From Laetmonice hystrix (lineage: Eukaryota), in NCBI GenBank assembly GCA_965235115.1, contig OZ249436.1, positions 52,392,001 through 52,456,000 of the forward strand: a stretch of 64,000 nucleotides of DNA, written 5' to 3'. Shown here in pieces: positions 1 to 12,900 of this stretch. Numbering within the stretch: the first letter of the stretch is position 1; every line of letters begins with the position of its first letter. The position numbers were made by a program, and so were the translations under genes. The notes under the pieces are model-generated. The model worked only from the letters and a program-made list of their open reading frames with translations. It ran no database searches and was not told the origin of the DNA.

Positions 1-948
1 AAATATTCATCGCTCATCCTCTGCTGAGAAAACGGGGCTTGTTGTAGTGGCTACACTAAAACGGTTGCCAGAGGAGTCTGCTACGCGAGGAGTGTGCTCG
101 GTGTGCTACTCGTTCTGTGCTACGCGACTCAGCCGAGCTGCCGAGGCCCCGGTGCCCGTTAACACGCGCATAAGGAGGGGTGCTATTTACTCGAACTTTA
201 CACTGGCATATAATATTTCTATGTTGTAGACCCTAGTCTAAGTCTGATAACGATGCGTAGCGTAGTTTATGAAAAATCGCGATTTCAAAATGAGTGTGTG
301 CCAGCGGCAGCCTTCCCACCCGCGGGGCGAACCGTGACGCTGCCGTCCCTCTCAGAGCACCGCCGTTCGTCGGGCTGTCACTCACTGATTCAGTGACACG
401 TTTGGCAGGCGAGGTGGCAAGGGCCGGGGTGGGGGGTGTCTGTGTGTGTAGGGACCGCAGTAGGGGGCCCGGAGCCCGTTCCCCTAACATGCCTAACCTC
501 CTGTTCGCTGTCCGCCATTTTCCGCGTGCTCCTCTCGGGAAGTAGATGCAGTCACGTGGTTATGCGCGCGCATCGACGGAATTCCCCTGTTACCCAGCCG
601 AGGCAACATGGCAAAATGGCGCGGAGACGCAGGCATGATACCATCATGGTACATCGTCGGTTCTCACAGTAAATCGGGTTGGTTCCACTCAAATTTATTA
701 CGATAAGTGCAGGGGATCCATATGGGAGGGGTCAACTTCCTGGGGCGAATAAATAGTGCCACTTTAATATAAACTAGAGATTGTTGAAACACATGACTTA
801 TAATCTCTGTATGAAAGTCAAAGGGTTTATGGTGTGGAACCCCTTTTGCCCTTACAGCTTTTGTTTCAAAGCTAAACTTTAGTCTATAAAGTTTCGGGGC
901 TCAAAGTTGGCCAATATCTTTGGGAGCCAGCTGGCTACCTTTACTCAC

Positions 949-3900
949 CTCAGAATTCCAGGATTCTTCCAGCCTCCTCTTCCTTACATCAAAATCCTTC
1001 TCCGATATTCTTGCCGTTGGGGCCATGCGCATATTTTTAGTCACTTCAAATGCAGCAAAAGGTCCAATGTTCTCCATTACCTGACAAAAAATGAGACTCA
1101 TCAGAACTATATAAACAGTACAATCATGTCACATAATGTTCATCTGCAGTTACAGTATGGAGGCAAAAGGACCTTACAAGTTTTAGCCTTAAATGCCCTA
1201 ATTATATCACGCTCACTTTTTTCCTCCTCAAATTAATGATGAATCGGGGGTGCGGCTTATGGATGGCCACAGGTGTCTGGAGACCAAATTGTCATTATAA
1301 GCTAGTTCTGGATATTATCCCTAGGTGTCGCCACCTCTGCTAATAGACTCCACAAAATTATGTTGCAATATACATTGTACATGTAAATTAATATTTTCAA
1401 ATTATTTTTTACAATTACTACGACAATGAGATGGATTCTAAAAAATAAAGGTATGTCATAGTGTTTTCTATGGGAGGTGATGGTGACACTGGCGTCTGGA
1501 CAGCAACTTTTCACACGATGGTAGGCTGGCCCAGAATCTACCTGATACAAGTTTATTAGGGTTGCGAGTTGGGGCCCAACTTTACTATGATTGGCGTTGG
1601 AAATATTAATTTCTTTTTACAAGGCTTTTGCTTTAAAATTGGCCTGCAGCTATGGCCACATATTATACTCGGAAAATTATGGCTGTTCAATATTGCATTA
1701 CAGGGCTGTTGGCTCCTGACAGCTAAATCTCAGCTCTCGCAAGTAGTTTCAATCTTCAGAGTAGCCTGAAGGGCAAAAGAACCATAGGCCTATTGCTCTT
1801 GCATTAAAAAAATTCAGATTCTTGCAATCTCTTGAAAAGATTATGCCAGTGGCTGATCAAAAGGCATTGGAAAGAAAGCGCCAAGTTTTTAGGTAGGGTA
1901 TGTTTTAGCCTAGGGTCAGCAGATGCCTAGGAATATCTCTATAGGACTTGGCCCTCACATTTGAAAGCAGCTCATTCCCAGGACTGGTTTATGTAAACAT
2001 GGGGAACTTTTATGGTATACCATATATAATACAGATCAACTTTATCATCATGCTCTATCAAGTGGGCCTATGACTATCTAATTTTGCTAAGTGGACCTAT
2101 AGCTTCCGATGTGGGTGAACAATTTATTCTAATTACCAATTTTCCAGGATACAGTTTACATGAATGAAGTTTGGGTTATACATTGGAAATCACTGAATAC
2201 TTTTCTGACAACAAATGTGTTCTATGCTCCTTACCTTTCCCCCTTCCACTGACTTATCCAATTTCTTGAAGAAGTTCTTGAAGACTGCCTGAGTTTGCTG
2301 TATTTTCTTAGTCTAGAGTGGAAGGTTATAGTTGCACAGCATAAATTTGATGTTCTATTCAACATAGTACAATAATGGCGATAGAAAGTAAAATTCAAGG
2401 CTTTATGAAGATTCATCAATATCGTGTTATCTCACCCATCTCAAACATTTACTAGGAAATAAACATCACAATCAATTTTTACTGAAAGGTTGATCTGGAA
2501 TGGTCTCATCTTTTTTCATTCAGTCATTCAGTCCGATAAGATTTACTGTATCAAGTGATTTAATTTACCTTCTCTTCTTCTACCCGCAATTTCTCCTCTT
2601 CCTTTCTTCTCTTTTCTGCTTCTTTCTCCTCTTCCTTTCTCTTTTTCTCCTCATTCTTTGCACTAAAACAAAGGCAGGTCTAATTACTATTTGTAAATCA
2701 AGGCGGGGAAATCTAAACAAATGATTGACTACTAATGGGGAACACAGGAGAATTGAAGAGGTACTCGGCATAGATAGTCCCTTTTTGTTAAGAAACGGGA
2801 GGCCTCTGCCGATTTAATTCACACTAGGCGCAATGCAACTGCTCATCTGCAAGGGTGTCCTGTGGGTTTTATTTCTGTGACATCTGGTGGATTAAGGGCC
2901 AGTCATATCAAATTGGAGAAGACTTTTATAATATGATTTGGCTAACATCCCGATTATGTGACAATAAAAAATGGCATTATATATAAAATTTTAAGAAATT
3001 GGCAATCTACCCCTTAGAATTTGTTTATATATATAAAACTTTCTAGCTATTCGGTGTATCATTGAAATTGTTGAACTTAGTGTTCCCAAAAATCCTTGGG
3101 AAAACATGTAGATGACAAAGATACTTAGGTACCTAAGTCTGTTGATTTCAGGTTACATGTATCTATTGAATATCTAGCTTGCATGTACATGAAATATGTA
3201 TGATCAAGGATTGCATACTCCAAGAGCTCCTGTTTCTTGCGTTTTTCTTCCTCACGCTGTCGTTGCTTCTCTTCCCTTTCCTTCTCTTTTTCTACAAGTT
3301 TCTCTTGGCGTTCCTTTTCCTTGCGCAATCTTTCAGCTTCTTTCCGTTCCTGAAGAAGACAATAACATATAAAAGTCCATGATTCTGTATACGAGAAAAC
3401 ATCAATCCCAGAATTGTTCTTCCATCCCTGTTTTGCTATTGTAGCAGATGTACTGAGGGTTTTCAGCTCAGTTGTCTTATACCCGACCTCGTCTTATCTC
3501 TGGATTTTGTAGAGCAAAGGAATCTCTTCATCCTGTAACCCAGACTCTCTCATCTGCCAGAAATACAAAAATAAACGGATCTATTTTTATACTGCTTTTT
3601 CAGGACGCATGGGTCACCCGTATTAAGATTCAAACACATAGCAACACAGTCTAATTTCATTACACAGATCATGTTTACAATGAAAATAACAATCATACGA
3701 CCTGTTTTAGTGCTTACATGGTTCCCATGCTATCAACTTTTCCTGGATCTTTATGACTTTTTCCATGACCATGTTCAGGTCTCCTTTCATTTTTTCTTGG
3801 CATGGCATATTGACGACGGTCAGACTGTAAATCAGCCACCTAGAATTGGAGTCTGTTGGTCAAATTCCCATACTTTAGTAGCAGATATTCGGTTCACCTT

Positions 3901-6900
3901 GACTGCGATTGTCACCTGGTCCTGACTTAAAATCTGCATCAGTCTGTGTGTAAATATCTGGGAGAGTCTGACTCATACTAGGAGTTTCTCACGATCTTTT
4001 GGAGTCTTGGACTCACGGACTCCTGTCGAACTCGACCTCTGATTAATTTACATACCTTCTCCTCTTTCTTCAGTTTTTCTTTTATCTGTCTTGCTTCCTC
4101 TTTTTTCTGTCTGTCTTCCTCTTTTAGTCGCTTCTTTTCAATCCTCTTTTTTTCCTGGAACATCAAGGGAAGAATAATTACAACACATGGTGCCATTGCA
4201 AAAGGTCCCACGTACATTTGTACCTATTGCACTGGTATCTATAGTTATCTATGGCCAATTCTGCAAAACACAAGCAATATTTTTCATCCTGGGTTAGCGT
4301 CGTAACCAAAGCCGTGCTCCAGGCAGTTATGCTACAAATACATTAACAATACATAGAACATGGAAATATTCGGGCTGGAGGTATTTCTGAGTGTTCATCA
4401 TGAGTTTTATGCCTAGAATAAGAAAGAAAAAGGAACAAAAGAAATTAGAAAATGAAATACAAATGTATGTGCCAAAATGCCTCGTTTACATATATCAGTT
4501 AATTTTTTAATTTTTTTTAATCCATGTAGTTTGTGGTCATAAATGCGGATGCATAAATTCTGCTGCACATAAAGGAAATTCATTACAGATGAAAATAACA
4601 CTTAATCAGTACTTGCCCTCTCTTCCCTTAATCGATTTCTTGCTGCTTCTTTCTCTGATGTCTTCATTTTCTTCACAGTGCTCTGGAACATTTACCAACA
4701 GTAGTCAGACCAGTTGGCCTACTAATTATGTCATTGTTTATAAACTGACTTTTTATCGACTATGACTTTGGTCATTTTGTGGGAGTTCTGCACTGGTGGT
4801 CTTCTAACGATACCGCAGTACTACTAGTCCTTATGCCATGTATGGGTTCCTCATTTATCTGGGATTGTTCAAATACAAAGAAAGGAGTGAATCAATTCTA
4901 GAAAAATTACATTTCATGCCCCCTTACGCCAAGAGTTATGAAATTCAACTGTTACATACTAAGTAATTAGATAATTTTTACTATACTGAACGTTACCCTG
5001 CCTTCTGTACATCTTACCTTTAATTGACTTTTATTTCCTGCTTCAGGTGTCTTGCCCAGTGGTCCAGTTGGACTTTTTTCCACATCGTCCTCCCCTGCAC
5101 TTGCTTCATCACTAGCGTCTCCATCTGTGCCCTCCACCGACGTGTTGAGTGACGGTGAGGCCAACTCAGAATCATCCATGGTATCATCACACATACTGTT
5201 ATTAACTGATGTTGTATCTGTGTCTCTAACATCTTCATTAACCACAACTTCTGCACTGTCTGCTGGACTAACGTCCCTATCAGAATTTACTTTTGCAGAA
5301 TCCTCTTGGCTTATGCAGTTCTCCTTATTTTCAATCGGAGCTAGAGTTTTTCCTTCCTTTCTAGCAGGTGAATCCTTGGAGGAGCTACAGGTGGTAACGA
5401 TCTCTTCACAGCACTTGGGGACAGCCTTGGTGGAGTCTGTTAGGTCTATGACTTGCCTTGCCATGCAGTTCTCCTTGCTTTCATTATCAACTAAAGCTTT
5501 TACGGTCTTCTTGGGGGAAGAATCCTTGGTTGAGCAATTGATGGTAACTAATTCTTGGGGAGGCTCAGTGACGGCTTCTGTGGAGTCTGTTAAGTCAATG
5601 ACTTCGCTCATACAAGAAGTGGACACTTCCAACTGTTGTGTGGTACGCATATACCTTTCCAAAAGACCCCTTGGTTTTTCAACAGAGGTGCCTATCTTTG
5701 CCACTGCATCAGCCTCAGAGCTGGAACTGACTTCATTTTCTTCATCCTCTTTACGATGAGGGCATTTCAGCCGCATATTTTCATCATTCTTCTGAACTTT
5801 TGCAAATTTTTGGGGGCCAGCAGCACCATCAGATGTTTTCCGTTTCTTTGGTTGTAACAATGCAGCTTTGCTCTCTTTAGGAGGTTGAGGGGCCAAACAC
5901 TTGAAAGAAAGTGTCGCTGAAATATAGAAAGTAAATGCTACACTTCAACTACTGTTACTGTCGTCATGCCGTCCTGGCTGGCCCTGGCCGGCGCCCTGCC
6001 TCACTCACCGCAGCCATAGGAGTGAAGCAGGAAACCAGCCCCTCAAAAACCGGCAGGCAGGGAGCCAGCCAGTTCTATGACTAGATTCTGTTTTCACTTT
6101 TTTAGTCGAGGATCGGCTAGGATTAGCAGTAAACCTAATAAGACAAAACGCGACATACCTCCCTCCCCCATAATACATATTGCGAGTTAATGCTAGAGAG
6201 TACAAATCTGGTGATCCTAAGTCTAAGGTTCCCTATCATTGCATGTCAATTGATAGCAATGCTGGAACTTAACTTTTTTACTTACAAGTCAGTAAGGTTG
6301 TGTACCTTAAAAAAGTAATACCAGCCTCACATACAACTCACAACCCGACAACCAAATCGGAAAATAACAAAAAACTATATATAAACAAGAAAAAAACCCA
6401 CATTATGTGGAAAGAAATTAGGCCTATGTTTTTTTAGTAATAAATAATCACTGCTTTAATCTCGAAGAATCCATGAATTCTCCCAGTAACATACCTTGTT
6501 TAAGCTTCTTTGCAACTGGAGGACTCCCAAAAGTTCCAGGTGCTCCTTTCTTCATGTTGGCAACTGTAAGTATGAATCATTGCAGATATCTATATTGATC
6601 AAATTTAAACACGGGTTGTCCTTAGTGGTTGGACAAGCTGACATAGATTATAATGGGCTCAGACAGACTCAGTGTACCATTACCAGGGTCAGGAATACAC
6701 TTTGCATAAATCCATTGAAAATCTTTTACTGCTTTTGTACTGTGATTCTTACCAGGAATAGCTTATTGAACAAAACAAGGGACAGTACGGTCAGTTTAAT
6801 GTGAGAATTTCAGATTCCTTTCACAAGTTTAAGTTTCAAAAATAAATTAAGAGTCGATTTTTTAAAAGATTCAGGCAGATTCCCATTATAAGGTGCTATA

Positions 6901-9452
6901 TGACCCCCTCAGATTCGCCTGAATTTTTCTTTGGGGGAAGGCCTATTGGTAGATCTATAGAAAAATCCTAAATTTCTAGGTCCCTAAACCAAACTTTTTT
7001 TTTTCTAGGGCCACTACAAGGGTCAATTTCTTGAGGGCCAAAATTTGACTTCTTAAAAAATTAGCTTTTGAAATATAAATATTTCAATACGCCAATGACT
7101 GCCCAGCTTCATTTTGACTGATGCCAATCTGCGATGGAAGGAGTCGCGGAAAATTGCAACATTTTTGCCGGCACTTGAGGGCGCCACCCATTGGAAGGGG
7201 GGGGGGGTGCTGAAAAAGGTGTCAGGTGAAAACGTCCCCAACCAAAGACGTCCCTAACTGAAAACGTCCCCAAGGTGAAACGTCCCCATTGGTATTAGGC
7301 TTATGTATTGTTCCTATAGGCCTATATCATAGACTCTATTTGTGAATTGTTTGTTACATGTTAGTGTGATACCTTGTTACAGGCCTTATAAAGTTAGGCC
7401 TATATTAGATTGAGAGAATGCCCAACATGTCCACCCCTCGCAAAATCCGCCCGGTCGTGTCCGCCCCACCCTGCCGCCCGTGTTCCCGGCATATCCAAGC
7501 CTCCTCTCCCTTCCCTACCTCCTCGCGGAACACATTTCATGACATTGGCCTTCGAAAGTACAGAGTATGGCCCAAAGTAAAATCATTCTTTTCATGGAAT
7601 ACAGTTTCCAACCAGTGGATCAGCGGAAGCATGCTCAGGGGCGGACATATGACCGGTGGTGGTTGGGGACGTTTTCACTTAGGGACGTCCTTGCATGGGG
7701 ACGTTTTCACTGGCATTCCTGAAAAACACCACTTTTTGCTGAAGTGACACTCCATTAGATTTGAATGAAATCAGATACAAGAAATTGAAAGCATGACCTT
7801 GTTTATACTACTATTGGTGAACCTAAGCTAAGGCTAAGCCAAGGTAAGCGGAGCCGCTCGCGTGCTACGCCCGCTTGTCCGTAGGTTATTACGGGCGGCC
7901 GATTTCGAGCGAGACCCTCCAGTCGGGGGTCACTGCGACTGACTGACCGGTATAATGCTGGCACAATAGCGTCCATTTAAAGCAGAATAGCTGTTCAAGA
8001 ATCTTGGCAATCTTGCCGCCTTCTGCAGTTCTGCCGGCAAAATATCCACTTTGAAAAGAAAAACAGTTCAGCTGAGTCTTGTACTTCTTTTTATCATTTT
8101 GACTAGACTTCTCTAGATCTTCTAGTAAAACTCAGTAAAAAAAATTGTGAAATCAACATTTATTCCCATTGTAGTCCCAGAGAGAGGACTGTTGAACATC
8201 GGCGGACAGCGGGCAGAGAACTTCAAGGTTGACAGCGACACCGCCACCACGACACTCCCGCGTATGGTAGGGCCTACGGCCGCCTACGCCACGGCACAGG
8301 ACAGGGGTAGACCTTAGTCCAGGAACCTAGACCCTGTTTCTGCTAGTTTGCTGTCAACAGGGTCTAGGAGTTAAGCTTTCAAATCCAGTGGCACCTTGCC
8401 ACGCCTACCCCCGTGGCAAACTTCACTGGCTTCACTCACTCACTACAACTGATCCATTACACTAACCGACTCTGCCGATGACAGCAGACACCTTTTTCTC
8501 TCTCTTCACACCGTTATTGGGGTATGTTGATTAATACTGAGTTCGTGTGCGGCTGTCGTTTGCAACCCTCTCTGAAATCGTCGATGAATCTGTCGCCATC
8601 TTGATTCGAATTGGGTTTGCGGTGACGTCATGGGCATGTTTCTGGTAAAAGTGGAATTGCAATGGGACGTGAATAGCAGCACTGTGGCTGGGAATCTGCG
8701 TGGTTCGTTCCGCCTGGCGGCCACATAACGATTCATATGTTCACGACCCAGTGGTCAATCCAACATGGCTATACTTCCGTTCGACGGTTGTGTGTGCAAA
8801 GAGACCAGGCAAAACCGTGCACAAAAGTATGTTTTATAAAGACCGCAATGCAACACATCACCGTAAATCATACATTAATATCTTTTGTATCTACTTGGCA
8901 AATTTTACCGCCCGGAGTGATCCCAAAAGGAAGTTATCAGTCGCCGAATGACGCGAACCTCGGGCACTCGAACGTTCAATGCGGTTGCCACGCGCTTTTT
9001 CGATTCAACTGCCAGAGTCTGATACAGACTACATATCAGATATCAGACTCTGGCTTGTTGGAGTAGGGTAGACCTCGGCGGTGGCTCGGCTCCTGGCGAT
9101 CTTGCTCCGTAAACACTCGCCAACAACGGCGACGCTGAATCGTCAGAATGGGGGAACAGCTATCTCATAAATAATATAGGCTGGCAATATCATAACTGTT
9201 TTCGTGCCAGTGGCCGCCGCCTGACTATTTATGGTGAAGACCCTTTAACTTTTGCTAGTGTCGGCCACTGTCAGTGCCAGTGCAGTGGTACCGGTCCGCC
9301 CGCAATCACAAGGCCGTCACAATAAACATCATATCGGCCGAAGGCCCCACAACTGTACAGCCGTGCACAAGTCAATACTTACCGTCAAGGGACCTTTTCC
9401 CCGCCTGATCCGATACTACTTGCTCTTGAACACTCCCACAATCACCTAACAT
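949..9452 (-). CDS. CHAF1A: Chromatin assembly factor 1 subunit A (p150), 5' part; continues past the left edge
   Basis: Phase-consistent exons (minus): 9452-9383, 6563-6495, 5916-5018, 4682-4617 (GC donor), 4154-4056, 3349-3219, 2662-2569, 2312-2235, 1080-949; 546 codons. N-terminal PIP-like KKLKQATLSF (human KKLIQARLPF), VIDLT SIM-like motifs, long K/E/R coiled coil, QAVFKNFF second PIP-like motif, FAAFEVTKNMRMAP (human FAPFEIKEHMVLAP). Confidence 0.92.
6850..7740. repeat. Dispersed repeat, copy 1 (paralogue at ~15347-15697), interrupted by a MITE
   Basis: Long near-identity to 15347-15697 (aagattcagg...atatgaccccctcagatt...ggcctattggtagatctatag...gagggcgccacc...ccactttttgct). Confidence 0.85.
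7218..7718. mobile_element. Non-autonomous TIR element (MITE) with 8-bp target-site duplication
   Basis: Termini gtgaaaacgtcccca / tggggacgttttcac with repeated subterminal acgtccc motifs; ctgaaaaa at 7210-7217 and 7719-7726; the paralogous repeat lacks the insert. Confidence 0.8.
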
Positions 9453-9965
9453 CTGAACTGAGTCTATGAAATCACAAACAGGCACGATGATCCCATCCAA
9501 AAAACAATACCTTATTTCCCCCCGTAAACCCTCTCTTCAAGAAAAACTAGGGCATCCTGATCGGGACTGAAATTGGCGGGAAAGAGAAAATCATGTAAAT
9601 AGGTCAAAGTTTCAGCGGCCAATACTTTTCACAACCTCTCATTGGTTAATAAACATTGGCCATTCTTCGTCAAATTATACTTTTCTATCGAATTTTCTCA
9701 CAAATATATATAATTCATATCAATTAAATAATGCAATTGGCATTCAGGTTGGAGTTTGAGTACGCCTTATGTCATTATTGTGGAATTGTCTGTAGCAATA
9801 TATTCTCTCCGAAATTGCTGTAAATCGTGACGTCAGAAGGGATATCCTTGGATCGAATATTAGGTGTTAGAATTATTGGATCTTTACCTTTGTCTGCCCC
9901 TAGCTTATATAATTTGATAGCTGTGGAGTATTTGGTTGATTTCGTGGAGAAACGAAGCGGGCATC
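9453..9965. promoter_or_regulatory. Putative bidirectional promoter CHAF1A/endophilin-A
   Basis: Divergent ATGs at 9452 and 9966; E2F-type TTGGCGGGAAA 9573-9583; CCAAT/ATTGG at 9619, 9641, 9655; CRE TGACGTCA 9828-9835. Confidence 0.7.
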
Positions 9966-12900
9966 ATGTCGCTTGCAGGCTTCAAAAAGCAGCTAAATAA
10001 GGCTAACCAGGTAAGATCAAGCGAACATAGAAATCAGAGTCGAATATGATCCTCCGGCTCGGCAGTCGGCGGAATCTCGCAAACTAGTCTAATCCCCTGT
10101 ATCGTGGGGATTAGGGAGGAATGGATTCGGTCGAAAGGCCTGTATTGTAGTACATGCTATGCTACTGCCTGCTCTGTAGTATCGTGCAGCCTAGGCGTTC
10201 GGTGTTAATCGAGTAGCTCGAGTAGAATTTTCGATGATTGCTTCATCGCCATCGGTATCGCCAGACCAACACAGCAACATGACCAACGCCAACGCCCACA
10301 CTGTGTAACATTCAGTGATTCACTCAGTGTCACTGGGCCCCCTACTTCTCTAGCCAATCCCAATGTCTCTCCCCAATACACTGTCCTTATTGGGTCGATG
10401 GCGAGCCCCTAGAGAAATACCCCAATTCTTTTAAATATAGAAACGGCAATGATTCTTTTCTTTACGAATACATGATTACTTCCCTGCCTTAACACAGGTC
10501 TAAGTTTCTGTTGGAGGGTATGGATGTTCGGACAGATGTGGCCACCCTTAAAGGAGACATCTAAGAGTTTTGACGCGTTTTGACCCCGTTTTGTGACTAA
10601 CAAATACCAAGCGAATACTAACCTAAATCTTGGCCAAAAGTGTCCAGACGCCTTCCTTAGGTCCATGTGCAACCACAACCATATCATAAACATGTTAAAT
10701 TTCGTGTGTGAGTGTTATTTTTTAACAAATAATACACGCCTCAACTGTCGCTTGCCATATACATATTTCAAAAGGCCACTGTCGGAATTCTGTGATGTGA
10801 CGTCATAATCATATACGCAACCTCACTTTGGTTCCGCAGCTTCAGCTGCATTGTTTACAGCACAGACCAACGAGATGAATAGAGCTCTAGACGCTATATC
10901 TATGTCATTGGCCCTGACTAAGTTATAGTCTGTGGTAGCAGGCAGGGATATGGTATGCTGTGTTGTTTATAGATGCTCAACACAAGCCAAAAACCGTGTG
11001 GGATGAGTTTCCACCACACTGCGTGTGAGCGTCAGGGTCCCGACTCCCGACCGACCGGTGACAGTAGACATGGTTGATCATCCCAGACATCTCCGTCTCC
11101 GAGTAGGAATTCCGCAATCCCAATACACAGTTTCTTAAAATGTGTAAATTGTAGAACGTTTTATACTATTTCCAGTATTTAGATTGTCAACTAAGAGGTA
11201 CCGTACGTACGCCTATGCTGGAAGGTACGTACCCAGACATCTCCGCCGGTTCCCTTCGCCGCCCGCACGGCACGGCACTGACAATTTCAGGTTCCCGGCG
11301 TCGAGGGCCCGATGCGATGGCCCGGGCGAGTTAGTAGCCCAATAGCGGGCTTTCATTCCAGGTCCTGACAGCCCTGACCCTGTATCTTGTGCCCTATTCT
11401 GCTTGACAATGTCAAGGGATTACGGGCGATCGATTTCTACTGAAAATTGTATTGCAAATATTTCTGGGGAAGACCGCTTGGACCCCCCACCCCACCCCTG
11501 CCACTGTATAAAGGCTCTCGCTTTCGGCACTAGCCTACTCAAATTTACGTCCGTCGGAAGAGCTTTCAAACACCTCTGGCTCTGTCAAACTTACTCCTCA
11601 TGCTCCATTTTTATTTACTCTCTCGAACAAGTAGGCTTGACAGGGTTGTTGGTGTCTTTATGTCAAACTTCTCTTCACGGTGGTCGTGTCTAGCCTGTCT
11701 ACTAGGCTTAGCACGGCCTAGAAGCTACAGTGGGTTGCGCGAATGACGTCACGGCAGTCACGTGACTCAGCTCATTAAAAGTTGGCACCTTACCAAGTCG
11801 GAAAACTCTTAAATGTCTCCTTTAACACAAAACAGCTCTCCATGTTAAGGATGTGGAAGAGCCCATGTAGAGAATTTATCAAATGAGACGGTTGGCTCGG
11901 TTTCAACGCTGATTTCAAACCTCTGTCGTGATGTTTACTACAATGAAATGCCCATGTTAATGTGCATAGATTTTGCTAAATCATCGTATACATACACACA
12001 CAAGACAGTGCTGCAAACAGGTTTCACCAACTTGGTCAGACTGGACCAGTAAGTCCAGATACTTAGTGGTCCACCTCAAATTTTGGTCGTCCAACCTGAC
12101 AACGAAAGATACCATTTTTTAGAATTTATGGCTCTTAAATCCTTGTTACCTTTCAGTGTAATTGACCTTTAGCCTCTGTAAGACCTCCTCCCCTGCCTCC
12201 CTAGCTCCTCCTCTCTTCCAAGGACTCCCCTCCTCCAACTGAAACCGATCTTTTGCCATAGATCTGTGAAAGTGGGTCGGCACCTGACACATTTTAAACC
12301 TCCCCCCCCCCCTCCCCGGCCCAGTTCCTTGGTCACAAAAGCGAGGGAGTGTTGCAGACATTTTTGTTGACCACTTCAACACTTGGTCGCCTCGGGCGAG
12401 TGGGTGACTATCCGTTCGCAGCATTGACAAGACATCGTCTATTCCAAAGGTGATTTTGACTGTGAGAGCCTTCTGTTGTGAATTGAAGCCGCTGTTTCAG
12501 GCCCTCCGTAGCCATTTTGAAAGGAAGACTCTTCCATTTGCACATGCGCAGTACTTACAGAAAAACAACATGGCGGACAGGCGAGCCAGGACCCTAACTG
12601 CTCAATTCAATTACAAAACCAGCTGTCATATTACAGAACGAGCACATTACTTCCTAAACCGTGCGCATCACTCATATAGGTGTTAAGGAAAGTAATTGTG
12701 TATTCGTAGAGACATGATTCGGTGCTGTTTTTTTATTTGAAGGGATTTGAATAATTCTCTATGAGGTCGCCAACGACCCTAACACGACAGTCTATAGGGG
12801 GAGTCAACAGCTAATGGTCGGAGTGTAGTGCTGCCAGTGTCGTGGTCTGTTTTCTCCTTGGTCTGAGATCTCCGGGAGTGCGTTTCAATATCAAAAGATA

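Noticed and set aside
1..700. Overlapping short ORFs in a GC/CpG-rich stretch
   Set aside because: No recognisable domain or CHAF1A-compatible exon; probably an intronic repeat whose ends I cannot define.
3470..4040. Coding-looking minus-strand sequence with splice-like sites in a CHAF1A intron
   Set aside because: Stops in the frames examined; the flanking exons join correctly without it.
5052..5759. 235-aa plus-strand ORF
   Set aside because: Antisense shadow of CHAF1A exon 3; Ser/Leu-rich with no independent signal.
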